A DNA stretch of 64,000 nt, from assembly GCA_963833225.1 (NCBI GenBank), contig CAWHXD010000019.1, positions 192,001 through 256,000 on the forward strand. The letters are read 5' to 3'. The notes beneath the pieces are model-generated. The model saw only the letters and a list, made by a program, of their open reading frames with translations, was not told the origin of the DNA and ran no database searches. This stretch comes from an uncultured Chloroflexia bacterium. Lineage in GTDB: Bacteria; Chloroflexota; Limnocylindria; Limnocylindrales; CSP1-4. This document shows positions 20,748-29,555 of this stretch, piece by piece. The first letter of the stretch is position 1, and the number at the start of each line of letters is the position of its first letter. The position numbers and the translations under genes are program-made.

Positions 20748-21764
20748 ATGGCGAAGCTGCGCGGCACCGGGATCGCGGCCGTCAACTACCCCACCGGCAT
20801 GAACCTGGGCGGTGACCCCACCCAGGCGCTGGTCCACGCGACGACCAGTGGGTCGTTCAACGTGTCCCTGTCGTCGGTGGACCTCGGGCAGGGGCTCAAG
20901 ACGGTGGTCGCCCAGATCGCCGCCGAGACGCTCGGGGTCGCCTACGACCAGATCGTGATCGACACCGCCGACACCGACACCGGTCCGCACTGCATGGGGA
21001 CCTTCGCCAGCCGCGGCACCCACCGCGTGGGCAACGCCGTGAAGATGGCGGCCGAGGAGGCCCGCGACGCGGTGCTCCAGCTCGCGTCGGAGGAGCTGGA
21101 GGTCTCGGTCGCCGACCTCGTGCTCGACGGGAAGGGCAACGTGGAGGTCGCCGGATCGCCGACCAAGCGGCTGGGGATCGCGGACCTCGCCTCGCGGGCC
21201 CAGTTCCAGTACGGCCGCACCATCTCCGGGCGCGGTGCGTACATGAAGCCCAAGAGCGACGTGGATCCCGAGACCGGTGCCATGGATCCGGACTCGACGC
21301 AGGCCTGGGCGTGCACCGTGGCCGAGGTGGAGGTCGACACGGAGACCGGCGAGATCGCCGTGCTGAGCATCCGCAGCGCCTACGAGGTGGGCCGCCAGGT
21401 GAACCCGGCGCTGGTCCGGGGGCAGATCACGGGCGGGTCGTGGATGGGCATGTCCCACGCGCTGTACGAGACCACGGAGCCCTCCTACCCGGCCCGGGAC
21501 CACCGCCCCAGGGACTTCGCGGAGTACCTGATGCCGGGGGCCCAGGAGCTCCCGGAGATCGAGTCGGTGGTGCTCGAGGTCCCGTCCGCCAACGGCCCGT
21601 ACGGGGTCAAGGGCGTGGGGGAGATGACCGCCAACTCGCCGATCCCGGCCATCGTCAACGCCATCTACAACGCCTGCGGCGTGCGCGTGGACCACCTGCC
21701 GGTCCGTCCCGAGGACATCCTGCGCGGGCTGGATGCGCTCGCCACGGGGAAGGGAGCAGCATGA
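20748..21764 (+). CDS. Xanthine dehydrogenase-family Mo subunit, C-terminal half
   Basis: DLGQG, GTFASRGT, GQITGG, VKGVGE; own RBS (GGAGG). Confidence 0.9.
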   Translation: MAKLRGTGIAAVNYPTGMNLGGDPTQALVHATTSGSFNVSLSSVDLGQGLKTVVAQIAAETLGVAYDQIVIDTADTDTGPHCMGTFASRGTHRVGNAVKMAAEEARDAVLQLASEELEVSVADLVLDGKGNVEVAGSPTKRLGIADLASRAQFQYGRTISGRGAYMKPKSDVDPETGAMDPDSTQAWACTVAEVEVDTETGEIAVLSIRSAYEVGRQVNPALVRGQITGGSWMGMSHALYETTEPSYPARDHRPRDFAEYLMPGAQELPEIESVVLEVPSANGPYGVKGVGEMTANSPIPAIVNAIYNACGVRVDHLPVRPEDILRGLDALATGKGAA

Positions 21765-22171
21765 GCCAGATCACCACCTGGGACGAGTTCCCGACGGTCG
21801 AATACGTCAAGGGCGTCCACCGCCAGGCCGTCTCGGGCGAGAAGGTCATGCTGACCCGGATCGTCTACCGCGGCGGCGTGGTCATCCCCGAGCACAGCCA
21901 CGAGGCGGAGCAGATCATGCTCGTGGAGGCGGGCCGGCTGTGGGCCAAGGTTGCCGACGAGGAGCGGGAGGTGGGACCGGGCTCGCTGCTCATCATTCCC
22001 TCCAACTGGATCCACGCCTTCCGCCAGCTGGGTGACGAGGACGTCGTGTTCTACGAGGCGTTCGCGCCGATCCGGCTCGAGTACCTGGTCGGCTTCAAGG
22101 GCCCGGATCCGTCGCTCGGGATGATGCACGCCTCGTTCGACGCCACCGGCGAATCGGAGCGAAAGGTCTAG
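21761..22171 (+). CDS. Cupin-domain protein
   Basis: HSHEAEQ...IPSNWIH cupin metal motifs. Confidence 0.85.
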   Translation: MSQITTWDEFPTVEYVKGVHRQAVSGEKVMLTRIVYRGGVVIPEHSHEAEQIMLVEAGRLWAKVADEEREVGPGSLLIIPSNWIHAFRQLGDEDVVFYEAFAPIRLEYLVGFKGPDPSLGMMHASFDATGESERKV

Positions 22172-22247
22172 CATCCGCGGCCCGGACCTCAGCCGGATCG
22201 ACGCCCGCTCGGGTGCCCGGCCAGCGCCGACCACAATGATGTAGGCG

Positions 22248-22276
22248 TTGACATAGTGTGTATCACACACTATGAT
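22248..22276 (+). promoter_or_regulatory. Sigma70 promoter with embedded PadR-type operator
   Basis: TTGACA-17bp-TATGAT; perfect inverted repeat CATAGTGTGT-atc-ACACACTATG (22252-22274). Confidence 0.85.
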
Positions 22277-22283
22277 GCCGGCC

Positions 22284-22628
22284 ATGGGCTTTGACGAGAT
22301 CCTCTCCGGCAGCCAGCAAGAGCTTCGACGCGGCACGGTCGTGCTGGCCTGCCTGCTGCTGCTGCGCGAGCCCGGCTACGGCTACGCGCTGATGGAGGAG
22401 CTGCGGGAGCACGGCTTCGCGGTGGACGCGAACACCCTGTACCCGCTGCTCCGCCGGCTCGAGGGCCAGGGGATGCTCGTCAGCGAGTGGAACACCCAGG
22501 AGGCCAGGCCCCGGAAGTTCTACCGGATCAGCCCTGATGGAGAGCGGCTCGCCGCCGCGCTTGTCGCCGATTGGGATCGGATCGACGCGTCGGTCCGCCG
22601 ACTTGGCCAAGGAGGCCGAACCTCATGA
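22284..22628 (+). CDS. PadR-family regulator
   Basis: YGYAL, NTLYPLLRRLE, RPRKFYRI. Confidence 0.9.
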   Translation: MGFDEILSGSQQELRRGTVVLACLLLLREPGYGYALMEELREHGFAVDANTLYPLLRRLEGQGMLVSEWNTQEARPRKFYRISPDGERLAAALVADWDRIDASVRRLGQGGRTS

Positions 22629-23578
22629 GCACCCTTGCTGATCGCTATGTCTGGGGCGTCCTGCGGGGCGTTCCCACCGCGCAGCGGGCCGAGCTGGAGC
22701 CGGAGATCCGCGCCCTCGTCGCAGATGCCGTCGAGGCGAGGGTGGCTGGGGGCACCCCGTCGGACACCGCCGAGCGCGCCGCCCTGACGGAGCTCGGTGA
22801 TCCCGAGATCCTCGCGGCCCGCTACACGGACCGGTCCCTCGATGCTGATCGGCCCGCGCTACTACCCGGACTGGAAGCGCCTGCTCACCCTGCTCCTCTC
22901 GATCGTCGTGCCCATCGCGATCGTCGCGGTGACGGGGGCCGCGTTCCTTGGTGGGCAGCCCGCCACGGAGCTGGTGGGTGTGGCGATCTCGGCCGGCGTT
23001 GGCGTTGCCATCCAGCTCACGTTCTGGGTGACCCTGGTCTTCGCGCTGCTGGAGCGGTCCGGAACCCCGCCGGCGGGCGTGGCGTGGACCCCGGATCGCC
23101 TGCCCGAGCTGCCCGCGTCCAAGGGCGACAGCCCGGTGGAGATGGGCGTGGCCGTGGTCGCCATGATCGTTGGCGCCGTTGCCATCGTGTGGCAGCAGGG
23201 GGCGAGGCCGATCATGATCGACGGCGCCGTCATACCCCGTGTTCGATCGCCGCCCTGTGGTCGTTCTGGATGCCGTACTTCCTCGCGCTGCTCGGCGTCG
23301 AGCTTGTGATGCCGATCGCCCGCTGGCGCCTCGGCGGCTGGACGTGGTGGCTGGCGGTCGTGAACCTCGGCACCAACATCGCGTTCGCCATCCCGGCGCT
23401 GTGGCTACTCCAGAACGGGATGTTGTTCGACCCCGGTCTCGAGGCTGCCATGCTGGGCCTGGGCGTCGGGTCCGCGCTTGCGCCGGCGGGCGCGGTGCTG
23501 ACCGTGGTCGTGGCCGCGTCGAGCGCCTGGGACGCGATCAACGGGTTCCGCAAGGCGTGGATGCAGTCCCGCGGATGA
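22625..23578 (+). CDS. Membrane protein with N-terminal HAAS/permease-prefix domain, frameshifted
   Basis: ERAALTELGDPEILAARY, LIGPRYY, multiple TMs; usual PadR partner. Confidence 0.7.
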   Translation: MSTLADRYVWGVLRGVPTAQRAELEPEIRALVADAVEARVAGGTPSDTAERAALTELGDPEILAARYTDRSLDADRPALLPGLEAPAHPAPLDRRAHRDRRGDGGRVPWWAARHGAGGCGDLGRRWRCHPAHVLGDPGLRAAGAVRNPAGGRGVDPGSPARAARVQGRQPGGDGRGRGRHDRWRRCHRVAAGGEADHDRRRRHTPCSIAALWSFWMPYFLALLGVELVMPIARWRLGGWTWWLAVVNLGTNIAFAIPALWLLQNGMLFDPGLEAAMLGLGVGSALAPAGAVLTVVVAASSAWDAINGFRKAWMQSRG

Positions 23579-24238
23579 CGAGCGCCGGGCCGCCAACCAT
23601 CCTCGTCGAGCCGCCGATCGCCGACCTCGCAGGGCGCGCCCGGGCCCTCGCCCGCCGTGAGCCCCGACGCCGGCGGCTGCTGGGGATCGTCGGGCCGCCC
23701 GGCGCCGGCAAGTCCACGCTGGCCGATGCGGTGGTCGCGCGCCCTCGGGGACCTGGCGATGCTCGTCCCGATGGACGGCTTCCACCTGCCCAACGAGACG
23801 CTGGTCCAGCTCGGGCTGCGAGAGCGAAAGGGCGCACCGGCCACCTTTGACGCCGAGGGCTACGCGTCGCTGCTCGCCCGGCTCCGCGCCGCGGACGAGC
23901 CTGTCGTGACGGCGCCCGAGTTCCGGCGTGACCTGGACCGTGCGATCGAAGACGCCATCGTCGTCCCGCGCGGGGTCCCGCTGGTCGTGACGGAGGGCAA
24001 CTACCTGCTGCTCGAGGATGGCCCCTGGGGCCGCATCCGGCCGCTGCTCGACGAGGCCTGGTACCTGGCGGGCGACGAGGGCCGGGTCGAGCGGCTGATC
24101 GCCCGCCACGTGGCCCACGGCAAGGAGCCCGGGCACGCGCGGGATTGGGTGCTTCGCAGCGACGAGGCCAACGCGCGGGTCATCGAGGCGACCCGGGACC
24201 GCGCGGATCTCGTCGTGCTCGGCCTGCCGCCAGGCTGA
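23575..24238 (+). CDS. P-loop nucleoside/sugar kinase (YggC/FrcK-like), frameshift ~23740
   Basis: GPPGAGKST, PMDGFH, RKGAPATFD, TEGNYLLL. Confidence 0.8.
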
Positions 24239-24295
24239 CGGCGGATCGCCCGCCGGCCACGTGTCGCGCCCGCACGGGGCCCAGCGGTCGCCGGG

Positions 24296-24799
24296 CTACC
24301 CCGCCCGGACCTCGGCGCTGACCTTGACCTCGCCCGCCTTCTCGAACGTGAGCGTGATCTCGATCTTCTCGCCCACCTTCAGCTCCCGCGCGAGACCGAT
24401 GAGCATCACGTGGTAGCCGCCGGGCTTGAGCTCGACCGTGCCGCCGGCGGGGATCTCCAGGCGGTCGACCTTCTGCATGCCCATGACCGGGCTTGAGCCC
24501 ATCCCGCTCGCGTCCATCGACCCGGCGGGCATCGCGGAGCTCATGTCCACGGTCTCGTGGACCTCGACGGCCGACGCGACGTCACTGCTGCCGCCGATCA
24601 GCGCGTCCGCCGTGGCACCGGTGTTCTTGATGACCATGTACGCGGCGCCGGATCCGGCCACCAGCGGCGATGGCCGGGACCAGGCATCGGCGACCGTGAT
24701 GCCACCACTCGCACCGGAGCAGGCGGCAACGAGCAGGGCGATGATCGCGACGGGGACCAGTCGCGCCATCACCTGGCGATGGCGGTTGCGGGGTTGCAT
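24296..24799 (-). CDS. Copper chaperone PCu(A)C lipoprotein
   Basis: LVAAC lipobox, VHET..M-rich loop, LKPGGYHVM. Confidence 0.88.
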   Translation of the reverse strand: MQPRNRHRQVMARLVPVAIIALLVAACSGASGGITVADAWSRPSPLVAGSGAAYMVIKNTGATADALIGGSSDVASAVEVHETVDMSSAMPAGSMDASGMGSSPVMGMQKVDRLEIPAGGTVELKPGGYHVMLIGLARELKVGEKIEITLTFEKAGEVKVSAEVRAG

Positions 24800-24832
24800 C
24801 GGGGGTTCCTTTCTGGAGGGATGTGGCCTGGA

Positions 24833-25477
24833 TCAGGCGCCGGCCACGTCGCGGATGAGCTTCGTGACGAGATCGACCGGCGCGCCGAAGAACACGTGAT
24901 GGCGCAGCTGCCCCTCGCGGTCGACGAGGTAGCTGTCGGTGGAGTGGGCCATCGCGTAGCCGTTGGCCGAGTCCGAGGGCAGCCGCGCGTAGGTGACGCC
25001 CCAGGCCGCGGCGGCAGCGGCGATCTCGTCCGCGGTCCCGGTGAGCCCGATGTAGCCCATCCCGTAGGAGTCGACGTACTGCTTCATCGCCGCCGCGTCG
25101 TCCCGGGCAGGATCGACGGTCACGAACACCACGGTGGCGTCCACGCCGGAAGCCTTGATCGCGGCCCGGAGATCCGCGAGCGTCGTGGGGCAGACGTCGG
25201 GGCAATGGGTGTAGCCGAAGTACACGAACACCGAGTGACGACGCAGGCTCGCGAGGTCGAACGGCCGGCCATCCTGGTCGGTGAGGTGCAGGGCAGGCGC
25301 CGGACGCGGCGGGTCGTAGGCGGTGTCGCGGTTGCCCAGCGGCGCCTGGGTCACCGCCTCCACCCAGACGGGCGAGACGGTGCCGCCGGGCGTCGCCACG
25401 CATGCCGAGACGATGACGGCGACGAAGGCCAGGATCGCGATGATCCGTGCGCACCGTGCGCCCCGCGGGTTCGACAC
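24833..25477 (-). CDS. SCO1/SenC-family protein
   Basis: FGYTHCPDVCP and distal His (MAHS). Confidence 0.9.
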   Translation of the reverse strand: MSNPRGARCARIIAILAFVAVIVSACVATPGGTVSPVWVEAVTQAPLGNRDTAYDPPRPAPALHLTDQDGRPFDLASLRRHSVFVYFGYTHCPDVCPTTLADLRAAIKASGVDATVVFVTVDPARDDAAAMKQYVDSYGMGYIGLTGTADEIAAAAAAWGVTYARLPSDSANGYAMAHSTDSYLVDREGQLRHHVFFGAPVDLVTKLIRDVAGA

Positions 25478-25479
25478 GG

Positions 25480-26274
25480 TCAGTCCCAGCGGAAGCGGCG
25501 GGCGGCGAGGACCGCGAACGCGACGGCCCACGCGGCGAGCAGGACGAGTGGCTCGGTGGCGTCGCCGGGGCCGCCGAGCCCGATCGTGAGCACCTGCGTG
25601 AGCGTCGCCGGGGGCAGCCCGGACGCGAGGGTGGCCACGGGGCCGGGAAGACGGTCGAGCGGGAGCACGATGCCGCCCAGCACGAGGGACACCAGGAACA
25701 GCAGGTTGGTCAGCGCGAGCGTCGCCTCGGCGCGAAGGGTGCCGGCCATGAAGAGGCCGAGGCCGGCGAACGCCACGGTGCCGGCCACGAGCCCGACAGC
25801 GACCAGCGGCAGGGACACGCCGGGGCCGGCCGTCCAGCCGAGGAGCAGGGCGATCACGAGGAGCAGCACGACCTGGATCGCCTCCACGACGATCACCGCG
25901 GCCGTCTTGGACGCGACCACCGCCGAGGCGCCGGCGGGCGACCCACCGAGGCGCTTGATGACCCCGTAGGCGCGCTCGAACCCGGTGGCGATCGCCAGCG
26001 AGACCATCGACGCGGCGATCACGGCGAGCGCGATGGACCCCGGCAGCATCCGGTCAACGGGGCTCCCGGCCTCGGTTCCACCCCCCGTGTCGAACGCGCT
26101 GAACACGAGCAGCACCCCGGCCGGGATCACGAACGTGACCAGCAGGCTCTCGGCGCGCCTCGCCGCGAGACGGAGCTCGTTCAACGTGAGCGCGAGCGCC
26201 ATCCGGAGCCATGACGCCGGCTGTGCCGGTGTCCCGCTGCCCGGGAGCCGGCCGGACGTGTCCATCGCGCTCAT
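25480..26274 (-). CDS. ABC-2 type transporter permease
   Basis: LAIATGFERAYGVIKRLGGSP, about 6 TMs. Confidence 0.85.
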   Translation of the reverse strand: MSAMDTSGRLPGSGTPAQPASWLRMALALTLNELRLAARRAESLLVTFVIPAGVLLVFSAFDTGGGTEAGSPVDRMLPGSIALAVIAASMVSLAIATGFERAYGVIKRLGGSPAGASAVVASKTAAVIVVEAIQVVLLLVIALLLGWTAGPGVSLPLVAVGLVAGTVAFAGLGLFMAGTLRAEATLALTNLLFLVSLVLGGIVLPLDRLPGPVATLASGLPPATLTQVLTIGLGGPGDATEPLVLLAAWAVAFAVLAARRFRWD

Positions 26275-27251
26275 GCCGCACCCTCGCCTTGCGCGGCCAC
26301 GTCTTCACCGACCAGCTCCAGGTAGCGTTCCTCGAGGCTGGCCGCGCCGAGACGCAACTCCGTGATGAGCAGCCCGCGCTCCGCGCACCAGCCAGCCAGC
26401 GTCGTCACGAGCTGCGGATCGGGGTCGGCCGCAAGACCGGTCAGCTCGTACTCGAAGCCGGCGCCATCCGGCACCAGGGTCGCCTTCCCGGACGGGTCGA
26501 CCGCTCGCACGAGCGCCACGCCATCGCCATCGGCAAGCGGTGCCGAGAGCCGGAAGCGGACGCGGGCGGTGCCGGTCCCGGTGAGCTCGGCCGGTGTCCC
26601 GTAGGCGACGACCCGGCCGCGGTCGAGGATCGCGACATGGTCCGCAAGCCGCTCCACGTCACCCAGCTCGTGGGTGGTGAGCAGGATCGTGGTGCCGGCG
26701 GCGCGCAGCGCGGCGATCCGCTCCCGGGTCGCCTGCTTGGCCGCCGGGTCCATGCCCGCGGTGGGCTCGTCGAGCACCAGCAGCTCGGGCCGGCCGAGGA
26801 GGGCAAGCGCAAGCCCCAGGCGCTGCTTCTCACCGCCCGAGAGGCGGCGGTAGCGGGTGCCGGCCGCGCGGTCGAGATCCACGGCGCGGAGCAACGCGTC
26901 GGGGTCCTCCGCGTCCCGGAAGAACCGGGCGTAGAGGTGTAGGACCTCGCGCGGCGTGGAGCGGTTGTCGACCCCGCCTTCCTGGAGCATCAGGCCGATC
27001 CTCGGGCGCAGCGCCCGGCCGTCTCGTGCCGGGTCCAGACCCAGCACCCGGACCGACCCGCCGTCGGCACGCCGGTACCCCTCCAGGATCTCGACGGTGG
27101 TCGTCTTGCCGGCGCCATTGGGCCCGAGCAGGGCCAGCAGCTCACCCTGCCGGACGTGGAACGAGACGTTCTCGAGGACGTCTCGCTGCCCGTACGCCTT
27201 GCGGACGCCGTCCACGGCGATGGCCATCGCCGGGTCCACGATCCTCGTCAC
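26271..27251 (-). CDS. ABC transporter ATP-binding protein
   Basis: GPNGAGKTT, LSGGEKQR, LDEPT. Confidence 0.92.
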   Translation of the reverse strand: MTRIVDPAMAIAVDGVRKAYGQRDVLENVSFHVRQGELLALLGPNGAGKTTTVEILEGYRRADGGSVRVLGLDPARDGRALRPRIGLMLQEGGVDNRSTPREVLHLYARFFRDAEDPDALLRAVDLDRAAGTRYRRLSGGEKQRLGLALALLGRPELLVLDEPTAGMDPAAKQATRERIAALRAAGTTILLTTHELGDVERLADHVAILDRGRVVAYGTPAELTGTGTARVRFRLSAPLADGDGVALVRAVDPSGKATLVPDGAGFEYELTGLAADPDPQLVTTLAGWCAERGLLITELRLGAASLEERYLELVGEDVAAQGEGAA

Positions 27252-27751
27252 GGCCGGATCTTGGCGTACTGGGTATCGAAGTCGGAGGGTTGGACCTCGC
27301 CGATCTGGATCCCCCGCACCACCCCGTCCTTGTCGATGAAGTACGTCTGGGGCGGTGCCACGACGCGGTAGGCCGCCGCGAGCGAGCCGTCCGGGTCATC
27401 GACCGTGGGCCATGTTGCCGCCTGGTCATCGAGGAACCGCTGTGCCAGCGCGGGCTCGTCCTTGTACAGCACGCCGATGATCTTGAGCCCGTCGCTGGGT
27501 CCCAGCGCCGCGAGGCGCTCCTTGAACAGCGGGAACTCCTGCCGGCACGGCATGCACCAGGACGCCCAGAAGTTGATGATCACCGGCGTTCCGCGCAGTG
27601 CGGCGAGGTCAACCGTCGACCCGTCGATCGCGGTCCCCACCACCGGTGGCGCCTGCTGGCCGGTCCGGGCGCCCGAGGGCTGGCCGGGTCCGCAGGCCGT
27701 GACCACGAGCAGCACGACCATGAGCGGGGCGAGGAGGCGGCTTCGGATCAC
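27248..27751 (-). CDS. TlpA/ResA-like thiol-disulfide oxidoreductase lipoprotein
   Basis: NFWASWCMPC; VVTAC lipobox. Confidence 0.88.
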   Translation of the reverse strand: MIRSRLLAPLMVVLLVVTACGPGQPSGARTGQQAPPVVGTAIDGSTVDLAALRGTPVIINFWASWCMPCRQEFPLFKERLAALGPSDGLKIIGVLYKDEPALAQRFLDDQAATWPTVDDPDGSLAAAYRVVAPPQTYFIDKDGVVRGIQIGEVQPSDFDTQYAKIRP

Positions 27752-27836
27752 TCCTTGATCGTAGGTCACAACCGCGGGACGCGCGGCCCGCACCGCGTGA
27801 TCGGCGAAGCGTGACCAGCTGGCCCCGGAGCTACAC

Positions 27837-28652
27837 CTACGGCGTGCCGCCGCTGGCGCCCGGAGCCGCCGAGGCACCGGGGGCCGCGCTGGCCGTGGCC
27901 GACGCGTCGGGCGATCCGCCCATGAGGCCGGACGAGAAGAGCAGCGCGAACGCCACCAGGATCGCGAGCACCGCGAAGGTTCCGCTGGGCCAGGCCGGGG
28001 CCCCGCCAAGATCGAGGTGCCCGCTGGTATCGGCCGCCTCGGTCGCGGTGTACTCCCTGCGGGCGTCCCTCAACCAGCCGAGCATCGTGATCGCGACCGC
28101 CGCGATGCCGAGCAGCAGGGCCCAGCCGCCCACGACCATCCCGGCCACGAGCATGGTGAGCGCGACGGAGATCAGCAGCGGGCGAAAGGACGGCGGCGGG
28201 ATATGGACGCCAACGGGTGGCGTGCCGGCCGGTGCCGGCAGGGCACCGCGGGCCACCGCGGCGCCGCCCACACCGGCCACCGCGGCGTGGTCGAAGTTCC
28301 GCATCTCCTCGCGCCCCCAGTAGAGCAGCGTGACCACCAGGATGATCACGCCAACCCCGAGCCAGATCCCGCCCGCCACCATGCCGAACACGAGGAAGAA
28401 CAGCCCGGCCGCCGCGAGCAGCGGTGCGAACGAGGGGCCGGGCAGGTGGATCCCGGCGGGCGTGGCCGGTGGCAGGCGCCGCTTGCCGCGTCGCGTCGGA
28501 CCGGCCGTTGCGAAGCGGTACACGGTCCACGACAGGTACAGGAACACGAGGGCCGCCAGCCCGAACGGGATCAGCGCGATCAGGGCGCCCCAGTCCGGGA
28601 CGATGAACTGCTTGCTGAAGTCAACGATGCCGTTGACGAGCTCCTCGATCAT
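27837..28652 (-). CDS. Cytochrome c oxidase subunit IV (CtaF)-like membrane protein with internal duplication
   Basis: Two copies of [IV]H[LI]PxPSFxPLL plus 2 TMs; downstream of subunit III. Confidence 0.5.
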   Translation of the reverse strand: MIEELVNGIVDFSKQFIVPDWGALIALIPFGLAALVFLYLSWTVYRFATAGPTRRGKRRLPPATPAGIHLPGPSFAPLLAAAGLFFLVFGMVAGGIWLGVGVIILVVTLLYWGREEMRNFDHAAVAGVGGAAVARGALPAPAGTPPVGVHIPPPSFRPLLISVALTMLVAGMVVGGWALLLGIAAVAITMLGWLRDARREYTATEAADTSGHLDLGGAPAWPSGTFAVLAILVAFALLFSSGLMGGSPDASATASAAPGASAAPGASGGTP

Positions 28653-28662
28653 CGCTGGCGCA

Positions 28663-28845
28663 TCAGCTCCGCTGCAGGCCGGCGATCAGGACGTAGGCCA
28701 TGATGGCCGTCGCCACGCCGAGGGCGATCAGCATCGTGAATCCGGCGTAGTCGAAGATCCCGCCAAGGACGGTCGGGGCCGCCCAGTAGAAGCCCGCGAT
28801 GGCCAGGAACACCAGCCCGACCAGGGCCGCGCGCCGGGGGTTCAT
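28663..28845 (-). CDS. Small 2-TM protein, probable oxidase accessory subunit
   Basis: 60 aa, GGGAG RBS, DYAGFTMLIAL resembles the CtaF N-terminal half. Confidence 0.55.
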   Translation of the reverse strand: MNPRRAALVGLVFLAIAGFYWAAPTVLGGIFDYAGFTMLIALGVATAIMAYVLIAGLQRS

Positions 28846-28864
28846 CTGACAGCTCCCTTCCGCG

Positions 28865-29542
28865 CTACAGCAGGTACAGGATCGAGAACAGCAGGATCCA
28901 GACGACGTCCACGAAGTGCCAGTAGAGCGAGGTCGCCTCGACCATGTCGTGGTGCCTGGCGCTGAACTGGCCCGCCATCCCACGGTACACGACCACCCCG
29001 AGCATCAGGACGCCGCCGAACACGTGGGCGCCGTGGAAGCCCGTGAGGGTGAAGTACGTGGTGCCGAAGGTGGTCGCCCCCATCGTGAGGCCCTCGTGCA
29101 TCAGCACGCTGTAGTCGTAGGCCTGCATCAGCAGGAAGGTGATGCCCATCACCAGGGTCACGGCGAACGCGCGCACGAACCCTGTCCGGTCACCCCGCTG
29201 GATCGCCCACACGCCGATCTGGCAGGTGACCGAGGACAGGACGAGGACGATCGTCGCCGGCAGGATGACGTTGAGCGCACCGGACTCGGTCACGAACTGG
29301 AACGGGTTGAGGAGCCCCTGGTAGGCGGTGGGGGGCCAGGTCGGCGTGGTCACCCCGTTGATGACCTCGGTGTAGCCCGCCCGGATCGAGAAGTAGGCCG
29401 CGAACAGGCCCGCGAAGAACATCACCTCGCTGGTGATGAACAGCAGCATCCCGAGGACCGGGTTCCCGAGCCCCCCGGAGCCATGGGCATCCGCGGCGTG
29501 GATGTCGCCGGGCGCGGCGAGGGTGGTGGCGTCGGCCGTCAT
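28865..29542 (-). CDS. ctaE: Cytochrome c oxidase subunit III
   Basis: LFITSEVMFFAGLF, TGFHGAHV, YWHFVDVVW. Confidence 0.93.
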   Translation of the reverse strand: MTADATTLAAPGDIHAADAHGSGGLGNPVLGMLLFITSEVMFFAGLFAAYFSIRAGYTEVINGVTTPTWPPTAYQGLLNPFQFVTESGALNVILPATIVLVLSSVTCQIGVWAIQRGDRTGFVRAFAVTLVMGITFLLMQAYDYSVLMHEGLTMGATTFGTTYFTLTGFHGAHVFGGVLMLGVVVYRGMAGQFSARHHDMVEATSLYWHFVDVVWILLFSILYLL

Positions 29543-29555
29543 CGTCCCTCCTCCG

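Noticed and set aside
17625-21764. Aerobic CO dehydrogenase (coxMSL/G)
   Set aside because: The active-site loop reads AMRGFG, not the CoxL form I AYxCSFR, and the large subunit is split.
1769-24240. tRNA-anchored integrative element
   Set aside because: No integrase or transposase, and I saw no duplicated tRNA 3' end (att site) in the window.
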